DNA of 47,312 nucleotides, from the NCBI GenBank assembly GCA_013044285.1, contig JABEUS010000110.1:1-47312 (forward strand), given 5' to 3'. A program made the translations under genes and the position numbers. The notes beneath the pieces are model-generated. The model ran no database searches, had not been told where the DNA came from, and was given only the letters and a program-made list of their open reading frames with translations. This DNA is from Acidimicrobiaceae bacterium. Its GTDB lineage: Bacteria; Actinomycetota; Acidimicrobiia; Acidimicrobiales; RAAP-2. Positions 41,485-47,312 of this stretch are shown piece by piece. Every line of letters starts with the position of its first letter. Position 1 is the first letter of the stretch.

Positions 41485-43455
41485 ATGACTGACCGAGGCC
41501 TTGAAGCACTCTTTAGTGAAACGAGACGTTTCGCACCTTCACCCGACTTCGTCGCCCACGCGAACGCCAGCGAGGAGATCTACGACCTCGCGAACACTGA
41601 TCCCGAGGCCTGGTGGCGCCAGCAGGCCACCCGTCTCTCCTGGGCGGTCGAACCCACCACCACTCTCGAATGGGATCTGCCCAACGCCCGCTGGTTCGCC
41701 GACGGTGAGTTGAACGCGAGTTACAACTGCGTCGACCGGCACGTCGAGAACGGGCTCGGCGACCGGGTCGCGTTTCACTGGATCGCCGACCAACCCGGTG
41801 AGGGACGTGACATCACCTACGCCGATCTTCACCGCATGGTCCAACAAGCCGCCAACGCCCTGGAGGAGTTGGGCGTACGCGAGGGGGACCGCGTCGCCAT
41901 CTACATGCCGATGATCCCCGAGGCCGTCGTCGCCATGCTGGCCGTCGTTCGACTCGGAGCCCTGCACAACGTGGTCTTCGGGGGATTCGCCGCCGACGCC
42001 CTCGCCTCACGCATCCAGGACTCGGACTGTCGCGTCGTGATCACCGCCGACGGGGCCTATCGCCGGGGGAGCGTGTCGCCCCTGAAGCCCGCCGTCGACC
42101 AGGCTCTCGAGTCCTGTCCCGGAGTAGAGAAGGTTCTCGTCGTTCGTCGCACCGAGTCCCCGGTTGACTGGGTCGAGGGTCGAGACCACTGGTGGCACGA
42201 GATTGTCGAACGTCAGGCACCCACCCACGAGTGGCGCCCCTTTAACGCCGAGCACCCGCTGTTCATCATGTACACCTCCGGAACGACGGCCAAGCCCAAG
42301 GGAATCTTCCACACCACCGGGGGATACCTCACCCAGGTCGCCACGACCTACCACTACGTCTTTGACCACAAGCCCGACACCGACATCTGCTGGACCGCGG
42401 CCGACATCGGCTGGATCACTGGTCACAGTTACATCGTCTACGGCCCCTTGATCAACGCCGCGACTCAGGTGATGTACGAAGGACTGCCCGACTCGGGCGG
42501 TAAGGACCGGTGGTGGCGCATCATCGAGTCCCAGAAGGTCACCGTGCTCTACACGGCGCCGACCACGATTCGCACTCTCATGAAGTGGGGCCACCAAATC
42601 CCCGCAGAACACGACCTCAGTTCGCTGCGCCTGCTCGGCACGGTGGGTGAGCCCATCAACCCCGAAGCCTGGATCTGGTACCACACCTATATCGGGGGCG
42701 AGCGTTGCCCCATCGTGGACACGTGGTGGCAGACCGAGACCGGCGCCATGATGGCCACTCCACTACCGGGAGTTACCTCCACGAAGCCGGGGGCCGCGAT
42801 GCGGCCCTTCCCCGGCATCTCCCTCGAGGTGGTCGACGAGAAGGGCCACGTCGTGGGATACGGCGAGGGGGGTTACCTCGTGATTACTCGCCCCTGGCCC
42901 TCGATGACCCGCGGTATCTGGGGGGACCCGGAACGCTTCCTCGAGACCTACTGGAGCCGCTTCGAGGGTCGTTACTTCGCCGGGGACGGTGCTAAGTACG
43001 ACGAAGACGGGGATCTCTGGCTTCTTGGTCGAGTCGACGACGTGATGAACATTTCGGGACACCGACTCTCGACCACCGAGGTCGAGCACGCCCTCGTGGG
43101 ACACCCCGCGGTCGCCGAGGCCGCCGTCGTGGGAGCGAGTGACGAACACACTGGACAGGCCATCGTCGCCTTCGTCACTCTCAAGTTGTCGGCCACCGAC
43201 GCCGAGGCGGACCACGCCCAGACGATCAGCGACCTGCGCCAGCACGTCGCTCGGGTCATCAGCCCGATAGCCAAGCCTCGTCAGATCATCTTGACGCCCG
43301 AGTTGCCGAAGACGCGTTCGGGAAAGATCATGCGCCGTCTCCTTCGCGACGTGGCCGAGAATCGTCAGTTGGGCGACGTCACCACTCTCACCGATCCGAC
43401 GGTCGTCAACATGATCGCCGGCCTGATGGGTAGCGGCTCGTCCGACGAAGAGTAA
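41485..43455 (+). CDS. acs: Acetyl-CoA synthetase
   Basis: YTSGTT.KPKG, ADIGWITGHSY..YGPL, VGEPIN, DTWWQTETG, GR.DDV, PKTRSGKIMRR. Confidence 0.98.
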   Translation: MTDRGLEALFSETRRFAPSPDFVAHANASEEIYDLANTDPEAWWRQQATRLSWAVEPTTTLEWDLPNARWFADGELNASYNCVDRHVENGLGDRVAFHWIADQPGEGRDITYADLHRMVQQAANALEELGVREGDRVAIYMPMIPEAVVAMLAVVRLGALHNVVFGGFAADALASRIQDSDCRVVITADGAYRRGSVSPLKPAVDQALESCPGVEKVLVVRRTESPVDWVEGRDHWWHEIVERQAPTHEWRPFNAEHPLFIMYTSGTTAKPKGIFHTTGGYLTQVATTYHYVFDHKPDTDICWTAADIGWITGHSYIVYGPLINAATQVMYEGLPDSGGKDRWWRIIESQKVTVLYTAPTTIRTLMKWGHQIPAEHDLSSLRLLGTVGEPINPEAWIWYHTYIGGERCPIVDTWWQTETGAMMATPLPGVTSTKPGAAMRPFPGISLEVVDEKGHVVGYGEGGYLVITRPWPSMTRGIWGDPERFLETYWSRFEGRYFAGDGAKYDEDGDLWLLGRVDDVMNISGHRLSTTEVEHALVGHPAVAEAAVVGASDEHTGQAIVAFVTLKLSATDAEADHAQTISDLRQHVARVISPIAKPRQIILTPELPKTRSGKIMRRLLRDVAENRQLGDVTTLTDPTVVNMIAGLMGSGSSDEE

Positions 43456-44892
43456 CTAGGAGTCGAAACCGAGGCCGAGCCCGTCGAGTAGACGCAACCA
43501 GAGATTGCGCCGACCCTCATGAGTATCGGCGCGCTGAATAGACCACTGCGTGAGACGAATGAAGAACCACCGAAACGGTTCGGGAGGGAAGGGCCACGGC
43601 TTTCTTCTCACCATGCGTAGCGCCGTGCGTTCGGTGTCGAGTCCGTCGACGAGGTCGATCATGGTGTTCGCGGCGAAGCGCGTGGCCCCCACCCCGAGTC
43701 CCGTAAAACCCACGGCGTAGACGACTCGTCCCCCGTGGGCGCTACCCCAGAAGGGTGAGAATCGGGTGCAGGTATCGATGGCCCCACCCCAGCCGTGGGT
43801 GAACTTGATTCCGGCCAGCTGGGGGAACGTGTCGAGGAAGTGAGCCGCGAGGGTGGCGAAGGTCTCCGGATTGAACTCGTAGTAGCGCTGGACTCGCCCG
43901 CGGAAGTGGTAAATCGCGTCGTAGCCACCCCAGAGAATGGAACCGTCCGCGGTGAGCCGGTAGTAGTGGAACTGATTGCCGGCGTCGGAGATTCCCTCAC
44001 GGCCGGCCCAGCCGATGGCGTCGCGCTGGGCCTTCGTGAGGGGTTCGGTGACGATTTGGTAGTCGAACACCGGCACCACGTACTTGCGCACTGAGCGAAC
44101 GAGAGAGGGCCAGACGTTGGTCGCGAGAGCGACCTTGGCCGAGGTGACCGCCCCGTAAGGAGTGATCACCCGAACTCCACCGCTGACGTCCTCGAGTCGT
44201 TCGACCCGGGAGTTCTCGTAGATCTCCACTCCGAGGGAGAGACAGGCCCGCTCGAGACCCCACACCAGTCGCGCCGGATCGACCAGGGCGGTGCCGTCGG
44301 GGTCGTAGAGACCGCCGAGATAGCGCGGGGAGTTCACTCGACGTCGAAGAGTCTCCTCGTCGAGAACGCTCACGGTGTCTCCGGCCGCGTTGCGTCGCTC
44401 GGCCTCCTCTTCGATATCGCGCATCTGCCACTCTTCGAGGGCCACCCGCAGCTCTCCCGTGCGTTCGAAGTCGCACTCGATGCCGTAGCGGCGGATGGTC
44501 TCTTCAATCTGGTCCAGGTTCTCTCGACCCAGGCGCTCGATGACGCTCATCTCGTCGCCGAAACGACGAACCCCGTTCATAAAACCGTGAGTTAACGACG
44601 CCGAAAGAAATCCCCCGTTGCGCCCGGAGGCTCCGGCGCCCGTCTCGTACTGTTCGACGACCACGACGTGACGATCGGGGTCTCGCTCTTTGGCGAGAAG
44701 TGCCGTCCATAGTCCGGTGTAGCCCGCCCCGACAACGCACAGATCCGCACCGAGTTCGCCGACGAGGGTCCGGCGAGATTCGGGCTCGAGGGGGTCCGAA
44801 TCGAGCCACCACAGGTCCGGTTGCAGTTCGCTCAAGTGCCGCAGAACGAACGTGTCTTTCTCGTCCATAGAGCCGGCCCGCGGGCCGCTCAC
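43456..44892 (-). CDS. FAD-dependent oxidoreductase (DadA/PuuB/OrdL-like); start may be ATG 44868
   Basis: VVGAGYTGLWTA, GASGRNGG, VDPARL..GL, IYE.S.V, YYR.T.D..IL.GG, G.TG.GV. Confidence 0.88.
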   Translation of the reverse strand: MSGPRAGSMDEKDTFVLRHLSELQPDLWWLDSDPLEPESRRTLVGELGADLCVVGAGYTGLWTALLAKERDPDRHVVVVEQYETGAGASGRNGGFLSASLTHGFMNGVRRFGDEMSVIERLGRENLDQIEETIRRYGIECDFERTGELRVALEEWQMRDIEEEAERRNAAGDTVSVLDEETLRRRVNSPRYLGGLYDPDGTALVDPARLVWGLERACLSLGVEIYENSRVERLEDVSGGVRVITPYGAVTSAKVALATNVWPSLVRSVRKYVVPVFDYQIVTEPLTKAQRDAIGWAGREGISDAGNQFHYYRLTADGSILWGGYDAIYHFRGRVQRYYEFNPETFATLAAHFLDTFPQLAGIKFTHGWGGAIDTCTRFSPFWGSAHGGRVVYAVGFTGLGVGATRFAANTMIDLVDGLDTERTALRMVRRKPWPFPPEPFRWFFIRLTQWSIQRADTHEGRRNLWLRLLDGLGLGFDS

Positions 44893-44953
44893 CCCAAATC
44901 CCTCGTCGTGCCTAGATTCTCATCCTACTGGGGGAGACCCGACGAGCGCCGAA

Positions 44954-46015
44954 CTAGGCGCGGAGAGTACGCGCGCGTTCGTACTGAATCGGCCACGGAA
45001 CGATCTCTCCGAGGGCCTCCGCCGCTTCGAGAGCGAAGCGAGGATTACGCAGTGCGGCACGGGCCACCATGACGGCGTCAGCGCGCCCCTCGGCGAGGAT
45101 CTCCTCCGCCTGTTCGGGCCGAGTGATGAGGCCCACGGCACTCACCGTGACGCCGCTTCGTCGAAGGGTGTCGGCGAGAGGTACTTGGTAGCCCGGGCCC
45201 ACCGGAATGGGTGCTCCGGGCACATTTCCGCCGCTCGACACGTCAATGAGGTCCACTCCGAGTTCGCTCAGACGCTGGGCCACCCAGGTGGCCTCTTCCA
45301 GGGTGAAGCCCCCCTCCACCCAGTCGGTCGCCGAGATTCGCACGAACAGGGGCCCTTCGGTCGTCGCTCGCACCCCCGACGCCACCTCGAACAAGAGTCG
45401 GGCCCGGTTCTCGAGGCTGCCCCCGTAGCGGTCTTCGCGCACGTTTGAGAGCGGGGACAAGAACTCGTGCACCAGATAGCCGTGCGCGGCGTGAATTTCG
45501 AGAACGTCAAATCCGGCGCGTCGCGCGCGCTGGGCCGCGGTGACGAAGTCAGCGACCACTCCCGCGATCTCCTCGTCACTGAGGACGTGGGGGGTAGGGT
45601 AACCCTCGAACGCCAGAGCCGAGGGGGCGACACTCACCCAGCCCCCCTCCTCCTCGCTCGCCATCTGGTGATCAGCCCACGGCGTCAGCGTGGAGCCCTT
45701 GCGGCCCGCGTGGGCCAACTGCATGCCGGCGAGGGTGCCTTGAGCGTGGATGAACTCGACCACCGTCCGCCACGCCGCCTCCTGGTCGTCTCGGTAGATA
45801 CCGGGACAAGCGATCGAGATTCGGCCCTCCGGGTTCACCGCCGTGGCCTCGCTCATCACGAGACCGAAGCCCCCGGTCGCGAACGATCCGAGGTGTACCC
45901 GGTGCCACTCCCCGACGAGTCCGTCGCTCGCCGAGTATTGACACATGGGCGCGACCCAGAGGCGATTAGCGAAGGTGGTCTCGCGCAGGCGAAGGGGGGA
46001 GAATAGGACGGACAC
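44954..46015 (-). CDS. NADH:flavin oxidoreductase (old yellow enzyme, YqjM/NamA-like)
   Basis: NR..VAPMCQYSA, EATAV..EGRIS, QLAHAGRK, EIHAAHGYL..FLSP..N.R.D.YGG; GTG 46015 behind SD GAGGAG. Confidence 0.94.
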   Translation of the reverse strand: MSVLFSPLRLRETTFANRLWVAPMCQYSASDGLVGEWHRVHLGSFATGGFGLVMSEATAVNPEGRISIACPGIYRDDQEAAWRTVVEFIHAQGTLAGMQLAHAGRKGSTLTPWADHQMASEEEGGWVSVAPSALAFEGYPTPHVLSDEEIAGVVADFVTAAQRARRAGFDVLEIHAAHGYLVHEFLSPLSNVREDRYGGSLENRARLLFEVASGVRATTEGPLFVRISATDWVEGGFTLEEATWVAQRLSELGVDLIDVSSGGNVPGAPIPVGPGYQVPLADTLRRSGVTVSAVGLITRPEQAEEILAEGRADAVMVARAALRNPRFALEAAEALGEIVPWPIQYERARTLRA

Positions 46016-46111
46016 GGAGACTCCTCGTGGTAGTGGCCCCGAAAAGGATAGGGGGTTCGCCGACCAACCTCGTCGTATGCTGTTAGGACAACGTTGCAAT
46101 AAGGAGACATC

Positions 46112-46975
46112 GTGCGAATCGCTAATCGCCACGGACGCGCCCAGTTGGTGACCGAGAAGGGATTCGTCGACGTCGCGCGCGCGAGTGACGGCCGCTTCTC
46201 ATCCGACGTCTCGACTCTGCTCAGTCGACTCGACGATCTGGGGGAGTGGTGGGCGAGCGCGAGTGACACCGTGGAGCGAGAGGAGGTTCTCGATCCGACG
46301 AGAGACGGTGACCTCGGACCGGTGGTCGCGTCTCCCTCTCAGATCTTCGCCGTCGGCCTCAACTACCACGAGCACGCCCGAGAGATGGGCCTACCGGCAC
46401 CGAGTACACCCATGATCTTCACGAAGTTCGCGTCCTCCCTCGCGGGCTCGGGGTCACCGATTCCCCGCGTGAGCGAGTCGGTCGACTGGGAGTCTGAACT
46501 GGTCGTCGTCATCGGTCGGGGGGGTCGCGACCTACCACTCGAGGGGGCTCTCGGCGCCGTGGCGGGATACTGCGTTGGACAAGACGTCTCGGACCGAGAG
46601 CTTCAGATGGCGGCGTCCCCGCCCCAGTTCTCTCTGGGCAAGTCCTGGCCGAACTTTACGGTCACCGGGCCCTGGATCACCACGCGCGACGAGATCCCCG
46701 ATCCCCAAGCCCTCTCGATTCGCTGCGACGTCTCCGACGTCACCTTTCAGAACTCGTCGACGAGTGACATGGTCTTCAGCGTCGCCGAGGTGGTGTCCTA
46801 TCTCTCACGCGTCGTGGAGCTTCGACCCGGAGACCTCATCTTCACCGGTTCTCCCGAAGGGGTCGGTCAGGGGCAAAAGCCCCCTCGTTTCCTCGAAGTG
46901 GGCGACACCGTCGTCACCCGTATTGAGGGACTTGGGGTACTCCACAATCACGTCGTCGAACCCTTCTGGGGGTGA
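46112..46975 (+). CDS. Fumarylacetoacetate hydrolase family protein
   Basis: VGLNY..HA.E, P.IF.K, VDWE.EL.VVIG, DVS.R..Q, GKS, GD.I.TG.P.GVG. Confidence 0.95.
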   Translation: MRIANRHGRAQLVTEKGFVDVARASDGRFSSDVSTLLSRLDDLGEWWASASDTVEREEVLDPTRDGDLGPVVASPSQIFAVGLNYHEHAREMGLPAPSTPMIFTKFASSLAGSGSPIPRVSESVDWESELVVVIGRGGRDLPLEGALGAVAGYCVGQDVSDRELQMAASPPQFSLGKSWPNFTVTGPWITTRDEIPDPQALSIRCDVSDVTFQNSSTSDMVFSVAEVVSYLSRVVELRPGDLIFTGSPEGVGQGQKPPRFLEVGDTVVTRIEGLGVLHNHVVEPFWG

Positions 46976-46989
46976 CGACGATACCGTCG

Positions 46990-47068
46990 TGGTCGGGCTG
47001 GGGAGATTTGAACTCCCGATCTCTCGGCCCCCAGCCGAGCGCTCTAGACCAAACTAAGCCACAGCCCG
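46990..47068 (-). tRNA. tRNA-Pro (GGG)
   Basis: Minus strand: acceptor CGGGCTG/CAGCCCG, anticodon stem CTCGG/CCGAG with loop CT-GGG-GG, T arm GGGAG-TTCAAAT-CTCCC, A + CCA; putative -10 TAGAGT at 47079-47084. Confidence 0.97.
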
Positions 47069-47178
47069 TGGGACATTCACTCTAGCCGTTGAGCCGTGAT
47101 ACTCCCGTGCACAGTCGATGGAAGGGGCCTCGCTATACTCGCTTGCGGGTCAGCGTCGCCCCAGAAAAGGTGACGAGA

Positions 47179-47312
47179 ATGACTCAGACATATCCTCTCT
47201 ACGACCCCGCGTTCGAGCACGACGCGTGCGGTGTCGGGATGATCGCCGACCTTACGGCCACTCCTACCCACTCGACGGTGCGAGACGCTCTCACCATTCT
47301 CGAGAACATGGA
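47179..47312 (+). CDS. gltB: Glutamate synthase large subunit, N-terminus (runs off window)
   Basis: MTQTYPLYDPAFEHDACGVGMIA...AL..LENM contains the EHDACGVG Ntn-amidotransferase start; SD AAGGTG and putative -10 TATACT (47134-47139). Confidence 0.9.
   Translation, partial: MTQTYPLYDPAFEHDACGVGMIADLTATPTHSTVRDALTILENM

Noticed and set aside
43456-46990. Flavoenzyme/FAH block as an island integrated at tRNA-Pro
   Set aside because: No integrase, no duplicated tRNA 3' end at the far boundary, genes intact with host-like style

Overview
GC-rich bacterial chromosome segment that is almost entirely conserved core genome. Gene order and protein features suggest an actinobacterium, probably Acidimicrobiia-like (inference). 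Left part: coaE(partial)-uvrB-uvrA-uvrC-rapZ-gap-pgk-tpiA-secG-orphan family-5 solute-binding protein-tRNA-Leu(GAG). Next is a ~4.3 kb accessory islet with a truncated and frameshifted DUF885 remnant, a DUF1889/YoaC-like ORF, and two tandem GT-C-like polytopic membrane paralogues, one frameshifted. Middle: nadK-recN-pyrG-NUDIX-xerD-M50 protease-trpS(-)-scpA-scpB-rluB-aroH-tyrA-aroA-cmk-plsC, GT2(-)-ispH(-), then PDZ/DUF512 radical SAM-der-small Zn-ribbon membrane protein-gamma-CA, and a small secreted orphan. Right part: trpD(-)/trpCFBA, satP-acs, two flavoenzymes(-), an FAH-family protein, tRNA-Pro(GGG)(-) and the start of gltB. I see no CRISPR array, IS, prophage or recognisable defence system, and I cannot claim a new system outright. 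The best leads are (i) the tRNA-Leu islet with its GT-C pair, (ii) the uncharacterised radical SAM-Der-Zn-finger operon that shares a quasi-palindromic bidirectional promoter with ispH, (iii) at least 8 apparently leaderless genes, and (iv) TAG-rich stop usage with in-frame TAG gene junctions.
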